DNA from: Macrostomum lignano
Taxonomy: Eukaryota
Reading direction: 5' to 3'
Length of the DNA: 64,000 bases
Assembly (NCBI GenBank): GCA_002269645.1
Contig: NIVC01000872.1
Coordinates: 1-64,000, forward strand
Shown: positions 1 through 11,901 of the stretch, piece after piece
How the letters are laid out: each line of letters opens with the position of its first letter
How positions within the stretch are numbered: position 1 is the stretch's first letter
Made by a program: the position numbers and the translations under genes
Notes under the pieces: model-generated
What the model was told of the DNA's origin: nothing
What the model saw: only the letters and a program-made list of their open reading frames with translations
The model's database searches: none

Positions 1-29
1 AATGGGAGCTTCTCCATTTGTGATAGTTC

Positions 30-1429
30 TTAAACGGGATACTTCTCTTCAGCTGAAGGAAGAGAGCAGTTTGTCGGGTGATCCTCGCATGATAATTCAT
101 GCTCTGTTAGCTTTTCAAAGCGTTCAGGTCCACTGTAATGCTTAAGGCACAAGCGGCAGATGGCAACAGCCTCGTGATGATTATTCAACTGCTTGTGAAT
201 GAGTCTTGAAAGATCTTTAATCCAAACATAGTGAGCCTCCTCTAGTAAATTACCAATCACTAGAAGATCCACTTCAGTCCGCCTTTTCCCTCGGATCTAA
301 AACGTCTTTGCTACATCTGACCGGTTGAACTTTCTCAGTTTTTTCACTCCACTCAAAGACTGTGATTCTAATTTTGTTATTAAAACACTTCTTCTAGCTT
401 TGGGATCTGAGAGATCGCCAGGCCTCCTTTGTCAAACCTGATTCCCTTCTTTTCGCATTCAATGAGATAGTAGTTGAAATAATTTTGATAATTTGAGGTT
501 CTTTCGGGGTGGTGAGGTACACTAAAAAGTGCAGAAAGAACTGCCCATAGAGCACAGCAATTGTCTTTATTTTTAACATTTATGCAAGCTTTTTTACCGG
601 CTAGCTTATGCGGGAGCTCTATATAAGAGGAGGCTTTAAGTGGGTCATATTTCATGACCATGACAGTCGCTCTTTGATCCCTCCCACGACCCACCCGGAA
701 CCTCTGGATGTAAACGCTTCAAATTTTCTTATTGACATCTTGAAGGAAAGGATCCAGTGTGTCTGTTGGGGTGAATGGCTTTGCCTTTGTTGTCATGTAA
801 TACTCGAGATGCTCAGTGGGTTTCGCAGGCATATAAAACGCAATCTTGAATGATATCTGTAGTTTAAAAGTCTTGCGTGTTTTGAGTGTGTGATCAACAA
901 CTGATTGGATGCTGTCTTTATAGTCGTAGATGTTTGCGGTGGTACCGTTGGTGCCGTTTATTGGGATTGTGTACTCTATGTAATGTTCTGTAAACTTCGT
1001 CTGTGCAAAATTAATCTCTTCAGTGGCAAGCTCCGACTCTTTTAAATGGATTAATTGCTCTAATTTCTCTTGTTCCTGCTTATTTTGTGGGTACTTTGCT
1101 TTTTCACCAGTGAGAGTTTCATATTTGTTAACTAAGTTGCGACTCCTCTCTTGGTGTTCCTTTGCAGAATTTTTATAGGCGCATACTGGTTTGATTCTAA
1201 TTGATTGATGATTTCCAACTGTTTTCATAGCTTCCCAGGTGACCAGGGTCGGTGTTGAACTTTTGTTTGCATGCTTCTCTAGTGAATTACTTTTGTCTTG
1301 AAATGAGACGCCTTGTAAGGTTGTAGGGTAGGGTAAATGAGACGAAAAATATTTGTTGACTAAATCTCTTGCTGGATTGGCTTTTGGCATTTTTCTCGAA
1401 AATATAAAAAAAATTTTGAGGGTGACCAC
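30..1429 (-). pseudogene. N-terminal region of a Polinton/adintovirus-type protein-primed DNA polymerase B gene, in three frameshifted pieces (719-1429, 380-694, 30-272)
   Basis: FTSRGSGW (restored across the ~715 frameshift), KYDPLKASSYIELP..KKACINVKNKDNCCALWAVLSAL and HYVWIKDLSRL...CRLCL..H...C motifs are typical of this region. Confidence 0.8.
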
Positions 1430-1513
1430 CCTGATAGAAAAGTTGAACTGTTTCTACATCCTATAAGTAGCGTTAGGTTTATGAAGCTGGATAACGTGGG
1501 GTTTAAAACCTCA

Positions 1514-1960
1514 TCACATACGCATTATTGTAAACCCAGCATTGTGCAATGTCATGATGGCTTTGACAATGTCAGACTTGCTTACAGAATTTTCATGCTC
1601 ACAATCATCAGGATCAGGGCAGCCCTCTCCTGCCTTAATTGTTATACCTTTGTCTCTTGCAATCTTTTGCAATTCTAGCTGGTGGGCTCTATCATTCCCA
1701 GCTTTAACAGCAGTTGCTACACCTCCAGCTACACCACCTGCGGCACTTACAGCGCCTGCAATGATCGGAATAAGAGCTGCTAATGGTAGGATTCCTCCTG
1801 ACTTTTCATCTGTGATGCTGTGTCTTTGTTCATTACACTGAACTATTTGCTGCGTGGGATCGATTTTTACTTTGATACCTTTAATTGATATAAGACCTGG
1901 TTTCTTTGATTCAATGATTTTATTGAGTTTATTGATGGTTCTGGTTTCAATCTTTGTCAT
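1514..1960 (-). CDS. Small Polinton/adintovirus protein with an amphipathic Gly/Ala-rich helix (protein X / cupiennin-like, putative membrane-active virion protein)
   Basis: 148-aa open ORF containing GGILPLAALIPIIAGAVSAAGGVAGGVATAVKA, located between the integrase and PolB genes. Confidence 0.65.
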   Translation of the reverse strand: MTKIETRTINKLNKIIESKKPGLISIKGIKVKIDPTQQIVQCNEQRHSITDEKSGGILPLAALIPIIAGAVSAAGGVAGGVATAVKAGNDRAHQLELQKIARDKGITIKAGEGCPDPDDCEHENSVSKSDIVKAIMTLHNAGFTIMRM

Positions 1961-2005
1961 TTTTTATTTTAATATTTTAATTAATTTCTGTGTCAGCTGG
2001 TATCA

Positions 2006-3012
2006 CTAGGAGTTCAGCTCTAGTGAATGACCGTGTGGGGATTTAGGGTTAAAGGCCTGAGATAAAAAGTAATAGTCACCGGAGTCGGAGGTAAAATGTC
2101 TGTCTATTTTATGTACATCAAGGCTGAAGTATGGATCTGTAGCTCTTCTTTTGGTGTCTTTCTCTAGCTCTCCAGGTAGATATAAAAAGCGTAGAAACTC
2201 AGAGTTTGTCAGTATGTATGGTGATTCAACTCCTGGAAGCTTAGGGTAGTTCGAGGTGTGCTTTGTGTTGTGTGTGTTGTGTGGGGTTGTCGTGTTGTTG
2301 TCTGTTTTATGAGATGACTTAAGTTCGACAGTGTCTTGTTTAATTGCATGGGACGGTTTCAATCCAGTCATGCGTGTGACTTCATTGTTCAGTTGTTCTA
2401 TAACAGTGGGGAGCCGGTCTGTCCACTTGGTGTAGTATTGGCCACTTTTTAGTTTCAGCTCTTCAGCTGTCTGCTTAGTGAATAGCCTCTTGGCTAGAGT
2501 TAGATTGAATCTTTCCACAAAAGCCTGATCTCTGTGGAGCTCAGTTCTGCCATAGCGAATCTCTGTATTTTTCTTTTCCATAAGTGATTTCACTGCACCC
2601 ATGAATTCTTTACCAGGGTCTGTCATAAAGATTTCAGGGTAACTAAGGGTGAGTTTTTATAAATATCTTGGAGGGCGGCTGCAACTGCTTCTGACTTCTT
2701 CGTCTTGAGTGGGCGAGCTTCCTTATATCTGGAAGCAACGTCTGTAATTGTAAGAGCATACTTGTAGCCCGAGTCATTGGGGAGAAACAGAAGATCTGCT
2801 TGGTGCGCCTCATTAGGTTTATAAATACTGAAATGGGGCCTTTCAAATTTTACTGGTGGGAAATAGATTTGAAAGACAGCCTGCTTAGAGAGCCATTTTT
2901 CTACTGTAGCTTTTGGTTCCTTACTCAGCTCCATGAGTTTACTAACGGCATTTTTGCCTACAAAGAATCCTTTGTCGCTGTAGTAGAGTTTTTTAAGTTT
3001 CTGATCTGTCAT
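2006..3012 (-). pseudogene. Retroviral-like (rve) integrase of Polinton type, 1-nt frameshift at ~2645
   Basis: HQADLLFL..YKYALTITDVASRY (D1), MTDPGKEF (D2) and AFVERFNLTL (E) are split over ORFs 2623-3012 and 2006-2626. Confidence 0.9.
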
Positions 3013-3042
3013 TTATTTAAAAAGAAAATTTTAAATAAAATA

Positions 3043-3528
3043 ATGCAGCGCTCTGGTGGTAAAATAGATTCACATGGACTGATAGAAAAGCTTCCTCATC
3101 CAAACAAAGGCTGGACACTTCCCGGCTATAAATATTGCGGGCCTTTGAATCCACTTGAAATACAGTTAGATAAAAACAATAATCCACATCCTGGGCATGA
3201 GCCTGTGAACGAGCTAGACTCTGTCTGCATGTGGCACGATGTTAAATATAGAGATTTTCCTGAGGAGAAGAATCGCTGGGACAAAGAAATGCTTAAGAGA
3301 CTAGACAATATAGGGGCTTCAAGCGGGTGGAAGGAATCGATCGCTCGGAAGCTAGTTAAAGCTGTTATTTTTGGTAAGACAAAATTGGGGTTGGGAATTA
3401 ACGCCGAGGGTGGGTGTTTGGGAAGAGAGGTGGGCTTTATATTGCACGCGCCACGTAAAGAACTTGGAAGACTGCTGAAAGAGCTGGGGTTGAGAGAGCA
3501 GAATGATTCAAGTGGCTCTAGCGGTTGA
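3043..3528 (+). CDS. Parvovirus VP1u-type phospholipase A2 domain protein (PLA2X-like)
   Basis: LPGYKYCGPLN Ca-binding loop and EPVNELDSVCMWHDVKY catalytic HD motif. ATG at 3043 follows an AT-rich leader. Confidence 0.85.
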   Translation: MQRSGGKIDSHGLIEKLPHPNKGWTLPGYKYCGPLNPLEIQLDKNNNPHPGHEPVNELDSVCMWHDVKYRDFPEEKNRWDKEMLKRLDNIGASSGWKESIARKLVKAVIFGKTKLGLGINAEGGCLGREVGFILHAPRKELGRLLKELGLREQNDSSGSSG

Positions 3529-3649
3529 AAAGAAAGCTTGTAAAGGCGGCTATATTTTCCTTATGACATTTTGCCGCGTGGTGGTTGGGTGTTGAGCGGA
3601 ACGGATATGGCAGCTGTTTCTTGTCAACCATTATCCTATACTCAATGTG

Positions 3650-3870
3650 CCGCAGATACTGCAGTATTCAATGTGAAAAGTATTCAATGTGAAAAGCAGC
3701 AGATACTGCAGTATTCAGTGTGAAAAGTATTCAATGTGAAAAGCAGCAGATACTGCAGTATTCAATGTGAAAAGTATTCAATGTGAAAAGCAGCAGATAC
3801 TGCAGTATTCAATGTGAAAAGTATTCAATGTGAAAAGCAGCAGATACTGCAGTATTCAGTGTGAAAAGTT
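3650..3870. repeat. 47-bp tandem repeat, ~4.7 copies, between convergent viral ORFs
   Basis: Unit gcagatactgcagtattcaatgtgaaaagtattcaatgtgaaaagca read directly. Confidence 0.95.
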
Positions 3871-3927
3871 TTTTATGTGAAAAAGCAAGAGTCATAGCAG
3901 CAAGAGTCATTAGTCACAGCAGATTAG

Positions 3928-4566
3928 TTAACCCAGGAGTGCACTGGCCTCTTCTTCTTCTTCTAGCATCTTCAATGCCTCATCGGCATACTTAATTATT
4001 GAGCGCAGTCGATACAGCGAGATGCCACAACGATTTAGAATAGGGCGAGTGTTGCTGAGTCTTGCCACCCGAATTAAGAAATTCCCCCAAACCGGCTTAA
4101 ATCGAAGCTTCATGGCAAACGCTCTATATTCCTCAGCAGACAGTACGAGCTTCATGCGGATCAGAATTTTTCCAGCCTTTATTCCGTATTGAAGTCCTTG
4201 ATTTTGTAGTTCATTTATCATTTTGTCAATTTTGTTGAGCTCATTCACAACATCTGCAATGTCATGCCTCCCAGAGACAAATTCCACAGCCGGTTGTGGA
4301 ATGACACGAGCAAGTGAATCACGGAGTAAGTTCGCAGCCTCATTGATGTGCTCCAACTTCTTTCGTTCGTCAATTCCTTCCACCCTACCAGTGATAGATG
4401 GTAGATTAATCACACACTTATTGAATCGCCTCGCAACTTTGTTAAATTCCTCAATCCAATACTTCGATTGCTTCATGTCATCACTCTCGCACATCCTCCT
4501 TACTAGAGCAACCAAATCATCCTCAAATGTAGGCATTGCTATGTCCATTGAAATTCTAAAACACAT
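3928..4566 (-). CDS. Hypothetical helical protein, probably Polinton accessory ORF
   Basis: 212-aa intronless open ORF with protein-like composition and no recognised motif. Confidence 0.55.
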   Translation of the reverse strand: MCFRISMDIAMPTFEDDLVALVRRMCESDDMKQSKYWIEEFNKVARRFNKCVINLPSITGRVEGIDERKKLEHINEAANLLRDSLARVIPQPAVEFVSGRHDIADVVNELNKIDKMINELQNQGLQYGIKAGKILIRMKLVLSAEEYRAFAMKLRFKPVWGNFLIRVARLSNTRPILNRCGISLYRLRSIIKYADEALKMLEEEEEASALLG

Positions 4567-5299
4567 TGTAGGTGAAGTAAATGAAAAAAAGCAGAACTAG
4601 TATAAGCAAATATATTAATAATTATTACCTTGCAGATTAAAAAAATATTTAGCGCGTATATGGATACTGAATCGGGAATCAGTAGTTCTTTAGTAGGTAG
4701 AGCTCTGCTCAATACTAAGCTCTACTTTAAGATATGGCTCTAGAAATTTTTCTCAGTGTATTATACAATAGATACAGTAGCTTCCGCGCGATCGACACTG
4801 ACACGGTAACGTTGTTATCCCTGGGGCGGCGAATGTGGCAGCAGCTGGTGGAACCGGTTAAAGACACAATACGCTCTCGTATACCCAGTAAGTATAAATC
4901 TATATTAACCCTGGAAGAACTCTGCCCTATACGATTTGCTGTACACGAAATGAGCGGGAGGAAAATCTATAGTTTACAACTCCAAGTCCAAGAGGCAAGG
5001 GCGTTCTAGCTTCTATTGTGCTACAATTGAGGCACTGGCAAGCAAGAGAGGGAGAGAGGGACGGGACGGGAGCCATGGACGGGAACGGACGGGGCTGCTA
5101 GAGTCTGGCAAGCGGGCAGAATTATGGGGCTATTGCCATATACGATTTGCTGTACACGAAATGAGCGGGAGGAAAATCAATATTCTTCTGGATCCGAATA
5201 ATAGGAAATTCTCGGCCGGATAGCCCTGCACACTCAGTGTCTGCTCTTTCCTCCTTATTTCCTCCTGTTTTATGTAAATATACTTGTGAATAAATGAAC

Positions 5300-5560
5300 T
5301 TAGTCTGTTTTTTTAGTAAGCTTCAACTGCCTAATGATTTCTGCAAAGTTATAGTAGCTGTCGTAATCTGTTACGTAGGTTACTCCATACTTATGAAACC
5401 AATGTCTTTGGAGAGCTTGATTAATATTAGGGACATTGATATCAACATCGGGCCAATATTTTCTCATGTACTCGCTGCATTCTAGTTTGCATCGGTACTT
5501 GGATTTGTACAATGGATGAGGCTGAGTATAATAGGAACCTGGAGAGACAACTGGAAACAT
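5300..5560 (-). CDS. Small Tyr-rich hypothetical protein, probably Polinton accessory ORF
   Basis: 86-aa ORF with an AATAAAAATG start context like the other viral genes. Confidence 0.45.
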   Translation of the reverse strand: MFPVVSPGSYYTQPHPLYKSKYRCKLECSEYMRKYWPDVDINVPNINQALQRHWFHKYGVTYVTDYDSYYNFAEIIRQLKLTKKTD

Positions 5561-5769
5561 TTTTATTGAGAATTTAATTTTTTTAAAGGGTGAGGACCCT
5601 GCGCTGATGATTTAAAGTCTTAGGGATCTGGTAGCACGTTGCGAATTGAATGTGGGGAGAAGAATGCAGATTATTTTTCTGATTGTTTTAGAAATGTTAT
5701 GGGTGGATTTGGAGCTGTTATGCTCAGAGCATAAACCCTCAGAGCATAACAGTAGGACACCTGTTATGC

Positions 5770-5985
5770 TCTGATTCTGTCAGGGATAATATGGATGGAT
5801 TTAATGGGATTATGGAGGATGTTTTGTGAGCGAGTGCGACCCCCTTTTTTTCTGATTCTGTCAGGGATAATATGGATGGATTTAATGGGATTATGGACGA
5901 AGTTTTTGGAGCAGGTGCGACCCCCCTTTTTTTCTGATTCTGTCAGGGATAATATGGATGGATTTAATGGGATTATGGAGGAGGT
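5770..5985. repeat. ~81-82-bp tandem repeat, ~2.6 copies
   Basis: tctgattctgtcagggataatatggatgg recurs at 5770, 5851 and 5933. Confidence 0.9.
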
Positions 5986-6742
5986 GAAAAATTTTGTCCC
6001 AGAAGCCCCCTCATGCCTTCTACTGATGCTTGCAGTTTCGTACCTTTTTTTCATTTATTAGTAACTGAGGACAGTGCAGTTGAGCGCCGTTGAGCGCCGT
6101 TACATCAGAGTGAAGATAAAAGCAGAGTGAATATAGCACCGTTTGGTAGCTATAGCAGCAGATGAACAATCTAGCAGGCCAAATCTGCCAGCCAACAAAC
6201 GGAGAACATATCGAAACCTAAGTACTTTAATATGACATTATTACGCGTTACATTTGTGCAATTATGTTTTCTTTTAACTATTCGTATCCATCCTATCTCA
6301 TTATTGACTTTTATGCATTTCCCAGTAAGCAAATTCCACCTCTTGTTACTTAACTTGTTTTTTACGAAAACGTGTGCTTCCGTTTTATTACAGATCCCGA
6401 TTGCATTGCCTTGCATTCATTTCATTGAACTATCTAGTCATGGTTTCTATTGCAAAAATTCAAGTGTCACCGTTCATCCGCCCATATGTTAGAACAATCG
6501 TATGTAGTAACAATCAGTATCACTAATCAATCAATCACAATCAATAATCAGTAGTAGTAGCAGAAGTCATTGATCCCCTCATTTTAAGTAGGATACCGTA
6601 GTGATCTAGAATAGCTACCCACGTCTATATAGAGTTGACACATTCATCTAAACCTATTGCATACATGAATGTCATGTAGTTCCTCCGATTATTATTATTA
6701 TACCGTTTCGTTACAGAACAGTCGAAATCTGACTTCTCCAGG

Positions 6743-9407
6743 ATGGACAAGGCCGGCACCTCAGCACAGTCTGCAGGGCCGGAACAGACGGACGAAACGC
6801 ACAATGCAACGCACTATATGAGAAATTGGCGGCTTGGCATACGTAAAAGGGCCGCACCCGCATTGACTGGCCAGCAGAGAATGCAAGCATTACGGCAACG
6901 TCGATTACGCGACAAACGCGCGAATCTGGCAGATCTGCCATCAAACACTCTGGTCCCTAGCCTCAATGAGGAGGGCAGCGACGCATCCGACCAGAGCGAC
7001 CCAGCCAGTCTCAACGAAGAGGGTAGCGACGCATCCGACCAGATCGACCCAGCCAGCCTCAATGAGGAGGGCAGCGACGCATCCGACCAGAGCGACCCAG
7101 CCAGTCTCAACGAAGAGGGTAGCGACGCATCCGACCAGATCGACCCAGCCAGCCTCAATGAGGAGGGCAGCGACGCATCCGACCAGAGCGATCCAGCCAG
7201 TTCGAGAGCTGATCCTATTTTCATAGACAGACCATTTCATAAAATAGCCGAAGCGGATGTGCTTCTAACGACAGGAGAAGCGGCCACATTAATTGCGGAC
7301 TACTGCTCCAAGTGGAAAGCATGCAGAGAGCAGAAAAGAGAACTACTAGGTTTATTACGCAAACTGATGCCTAGCGCTGATGTGCCGCGGTCGCCGCATG
7401 TACTTTCTGAGGTTGTGAAAGCTCGCTTTCGACAAGAATGCAGATCTGCATTACCGACCTCAGAATGCTACACTGTGTGTGCGAAGTGTAGACAAAATCG
7501 ACTCGGTCGAAACGCGCCGACGTGTTCAACTTGCGGTAGCGAAGAAGTTGCAAGCTTCTGGCTATGTGACGCAAAGGATCAACTTCGGCGCTGCATCCGA
7601 CGCGGAATGCTGGAGACTGTTGTGTGGCCGGCTGATCAACCGTCAGACGACATGTTTAGACGTCAGTTACACTACGTCAACAGTGCACTGTACAGGGAGT
7701 TCCTAGCGTCGATTGAACCTCGACGTAGATGCGATCTGTCGTACACGCTATGTTCAGACGGATTTTCGTTGCGGAAAAGCAGTAACGTCGAGGTCTGTCC
7801 AGTGTACATGTCTGTAACAGAGGTGTACGAACGCATGAAGTATAAGTACGTGATTGTATGCGGAGTCTGGGCTGGACACGTTAAATTGCATGCGGAAAGT
7901 TTCCTACCAATATGTAGACGGACACGGCGATAAGCAAATCCTTAGATTGCACCCTTTCCAGGCCATCTTCGATGCCCCAGCACGAGCGGATGCACTAGGT
8001 ATGAAGCGATTCAACGCGATATACGGATGCGAAAAATGTTATATTCGAACAAAAAAACAGCCGTTTGGATCCGGACGTATGTTTCCGCTCGAAATCACCA
8101 ACGCTATGCTGAACGCCGCTGTCAGACGTGGGTGTACACAGACAGAGTTTCGGTGCGTCACCGACACTAACATGCTTGCCGATCGGCACGAATATGAAAG
8201 AGACAGAATGCGCGTGGCTCGTACTGACGACAAGACAGACACGCTTGGAGTGCGAGCCAAGTCTCCACTGAGTGAACTGGCCGGGTTCGACTACATTAGG
8301 GGTTGCCCGCCGTGTTATTTGCACCAAACCTGTGCTGGTCTGACCGGCTATCTGATGTACCAGTTGTTCCTAATACGACATCAAAAGCCAGACCAGACGT
8401 CGAGAAACCCCGATTTGTACCGACGGATTAGCCTGATTGATGAACGGCTCGCAAGAATTCGAGTGCCGCGTAGTGTTCAGAGACGCGGACCAAGGTCACT
8501 AAACCTATTGAAGAGGTATCGGGGCCACGAGTTTGAAATGTGGATGTTAGCTTACGGTCCGATGGTACTGGAAGATTTCCTTGCATGCTATGATCACGGC
8601 AGGTACTATCAGCTACTGCTGGCTCTATCGTCCGCAATGTTCGCATTGTCATGCGTTGGTTCCTCGATCCGCGAGCTGACACATGTGCGAACGACATTAT
8701 CGTACTTCCATCGCCTACTCCCGATGATGTTCTCGAATCGGGCATTGACTTATAACGCTCATCAGGTATGCGTGCATACCCTGATGCACGCAGTGTTGGC
8801 AGGGCCAATACACCAGTTATCAGCATCGCTGTTCGAGTCATTTCATTGTAGTATTCGTAAACGCATACGCGGTTCGCGAGCGACCGACGTAGAAATAGCG
8901 AACGTCATCCAAACTGAGCTATTAGTGGCACAATTGGCGGACAAGACAACTGAAGATCTTCAGTTGACTGACACGCCAGTAGCCAGACGCATGACAACGA
9001 AGAACATCAGGTGTGGCACAGTTTCACGACCTAGAAGATATGCTGGAAACCCGAGTAAATGGGAGCGAGTTACATTGCATGACGGCACAATGATCGATGT
9101 GTTCAGACAATCTATGTCACAGAAAAGAGTTGTCTCCAGCTTTGTTGCCGTCTGGACTGACGCTGGTCGGTCAGCGATAGACTTTGGTCGCGTCTACGAA
9201 TTGGAAGAGGATGAGGATGTAGGCGATCTACATCTACTGATGCAACCGCTCCGTCTGGCCGCACCGATGGAGGATCCTCTATCAGTGCTCGTGGCCGTTC
9301 CGGTTGATGCGCCAAATCGAGGTTGCCGACTCATCCACGTCCGGAAGCTGGCTTGCGATCCCTTCGGTGACATTGGCGGCTATGTTATTGTGTTCCTATC
9401 AAAATGA
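6743..9407 (+). pseudogene. CMC/EnSpm DDE transposase, one frameshift at ~7905 (ORFs 6743-7933 and 7854-9407)
   Basis: Zn-ribbon CAKC..CSTC, then CSDGF (D), FDAPARA..MKRFNAIYGCEKC (D + C(2)C), YLH, and GPIHQLSASLFES (E): the CMC signature order. Confidence 0.85.
6959..7202 (+). repeat. In-frame 48-bp x5 coding repeat (SLNEEGSDASDQ[S/I]DPA) with 96-bp higher-order alternation
   Basis: Visible in the ORF translation and in the DNA. Confidence 0.95.
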
Positions 9408-10248
9408 TTGTGGGATCATGTGCTGTCAGCGACACGCATGTAGTAGCGCTGCCGCATGCGCAACTATCTTTTTCGTGAATTTGCTCGGGCCTATACGCCT
9501 GTGTGCTCCTTGTACTGTCCAAGCCCATTGTAATGTATTGACGTTGCTTAATAAGTTCGCGGAAAAGACAATTTTAAGTAAGCTGTCACCTCAAACGTTT
9601 GTTTGCGTATACCCCACAATTTGTACGAACTGATTAAGCAGTCTTTGTAACGTCAAGTATAGTACCGCTCATTGCTGAGATAAAATCTGTTCCACTGTAT
9701 GTTGCCACCCTATTTATAAACGCCTTCAACTTTATCTATGAACGTTATAAGACTCATTCACGCAGGCATTAAATAAGGCGAAGGTTCACAAGTTTACACG
9801 ATCTTTACACCAATGGTCATTCGTTTATACACCAGTATACTTCCACAACCACTATGACGACAATGTGAATGAATCTTAATCACTTTAAATATGTATGAAA
9901 TCTGCCGTTTTAATTTTTTCATTAAAATGAATCATAACGGACCTCGTATCATACACCAATCAGTAAATATGCGCAATTCACGCATTTTGCGTCCATCATT
10001 ACACTATGTCTCGTGTTTCGTGATTGCAACGTTGCATCGAACCTAGCATGTAGTTCACCACATCGATTGGTTGGCCGTCCACTCTCCCTATAACGAAATT
10101 CCTTAGATCTAACTTTAGCGTGTACGTAAGATTTTGTGGAAATTAGGATCGTATCTTGAGAGCGTCCTTTTCTATTCTTAAACATTGTACAATGCGATAT
10201 TTGAAGTAAATATGCTGTTAAAAATCGTTTTCCAGTCGTCTGCTTGAT

Positions 10249-11901
10249 TTGGAAAGTAATGGGCAAGAAGAACTGCGTTACTCACTTACAAGAGGACGAA
10301 ATCCAGTGGATATAGACGCAGAACAAGCCGAAAAGCGACCGCGCAAGGGTGTACGACCAAACGACCAATCGACAGTCCCGAAAGCTTCGTCGGAAATTCA
10401 GTCGGAAATATTCGATGGGTCCGACAGCGCGAGGTCAACAAAGAAGAAGAACCGCCAAAATAAAAGTGCAAGTGCAGAATGTGCCCCTGACGGAATGCGC
10501 GGTTACAAATCTGCAGATTCGTCCGCGTGGGCGGTCATTTACGACAGCAACAACGACAGAGGTGCGATACTTAGCACCGATATTGTTGCTCTTGACGATC
10601 GTCATGAGCAACCCACTGTTGGTTGTCGCATTGTCGTCGTGACAGCCAAAACAAAGACTGCCTCGGCCGCAAGATATGGCGCCACTATATGGAGTGGACC
10701 CTACAGTAGCATTGCTGCTGCGCAACGCGTCGCATCCGCGTCGGGCCCGTTGCAAACTAATAGTGCGCCGAATCCTTGTGGTTCGTGTTGTGCACTAACC
10801 AACCAATTGCGCTCGCATGTTTCCATTGTGGACGAGCAACGTGCGTAACTATTGGTTTACTGCGTAATTTCAATATATTTGTATGTAATACGTAGTCAAT
10901 AAATTATTCTATAAGAGCAACTCTATATATTTATCTGAACGCACTTCATCACAGGTGATCGCATTCGGGCTCTGGAAAATGAAATTGAAAATGAGAGGGA
11001 ACGTTCGGCACATCTGGCGCAAAGTAACACACAGTTGTTGAACGAAGTTGATCAACTTCGCGCTCAACTGCATTCGCTTGAAGAACAAATGGCGCAGAAC
11101 GGGAACACTGACTCCAGTCGAGACGCCAAAATGCAGCAGGTTATGAGCGTGGTTGAGCGCCGGTGTGAGCGACTACTCAGTGCAGTACATGCTGCCAGAT
11201 GCACAATCGGAGGCTCTGATAGTGTCGACGCAGAGTATGCCGATCGGCAAGACGAAACTGGTCCCATTTTAATCGATGACGAACCTCGAGAAGTTGGTAT
11301 ATATGCCCACAGCCATTGGTCCACTGACCAGTCGGCGCAAATGAAGCAGACTATGGGTGCTGTGCAGGCTGCCGACGCTATTGTTTCAATGCGGCCACGT
11401 GAAGTCAACCCAAGCGCATTGGTTCGCCTGTCAAACGACAACGGCTTTAGGAGAATACTAGTAGAGCCGAAAGACAAGCGCGAAATCGAGCAGCGAACGG
11501 AAGCCATTCATCAACTGGCATCGGCCGATCGGCCAGATGCAAAAAAATTGGCTACCGCTAATGGCTCATTTATACGAGCGGTCCTTCGCGCTTTATTCAG
11601 CGAGGACCAGTTTTTGCGGGAGACTTGCTCGGGTCGCGTCAAGGGTCAAGTAGGTGGCCAGCGATGTGACGACGGCAAGCTAGCCGTGGCTATGGCATAC
11701 GCCAAGCACGTTGGCGTAAACATAGACGAAAAGGAGTTTCGGCGTCAGCACTATCAGTGCCGCGAGACGGCCATAAAACGCAGGCAGACTCCGGAAGAAA
11801 AGGCTAAAAAATCCGACGCTGTTAAAAGATGGCGCGCCGCTAAGAAGACACAGCTGGCCGGCACAGCCGAGGAAGCCGTCGAGGGAGCCGCCGAACCTTA
11901 G
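10249..11901 (+). CDS. Coiled-coil + C-terminal BEN-like domain protein; intron 10841-10954; true start not resolved
   Basis: A GT..AG intron joins EQR|DRIRALENEIE in frame. The C-terminal SFIRAVLRALFSEDQFLRETCSGRVKG...DDGKLAVA resembles the BEN domain pattern. Confidence 0.6.

Larger units (their letters stand above)
1..6060 (-). mobile_element. Polinton/Maverick (adintovirus-like) endogenous element, partial and decayed; runs off the left edge, right boundary uncertain
   Basis: Compact intronless cluster of PolB N-terminal region, rve integrase, amphipathic pX/cupiennin-like ORF and parvovirus-type PLA2, with AT-rich AAAATG-type starts. No terminal ACTACT was found. Confidence 0.85.

Noticed and set aside
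5736-5752. CCCTCAG as the left TIR of the EnSpm element
   Set aside because: Only 6/7 bases match the candidate right end, and the flanking dinucleotides (AA vs CA) give no TSD.
6550-6560. AGTAGTAGTAG (and AGTAGT at 4681) as a Polinton terminus
   Set aside because: Wrong orientation for the right end of an element extending leftwards, and no partner ACTACT end was found.
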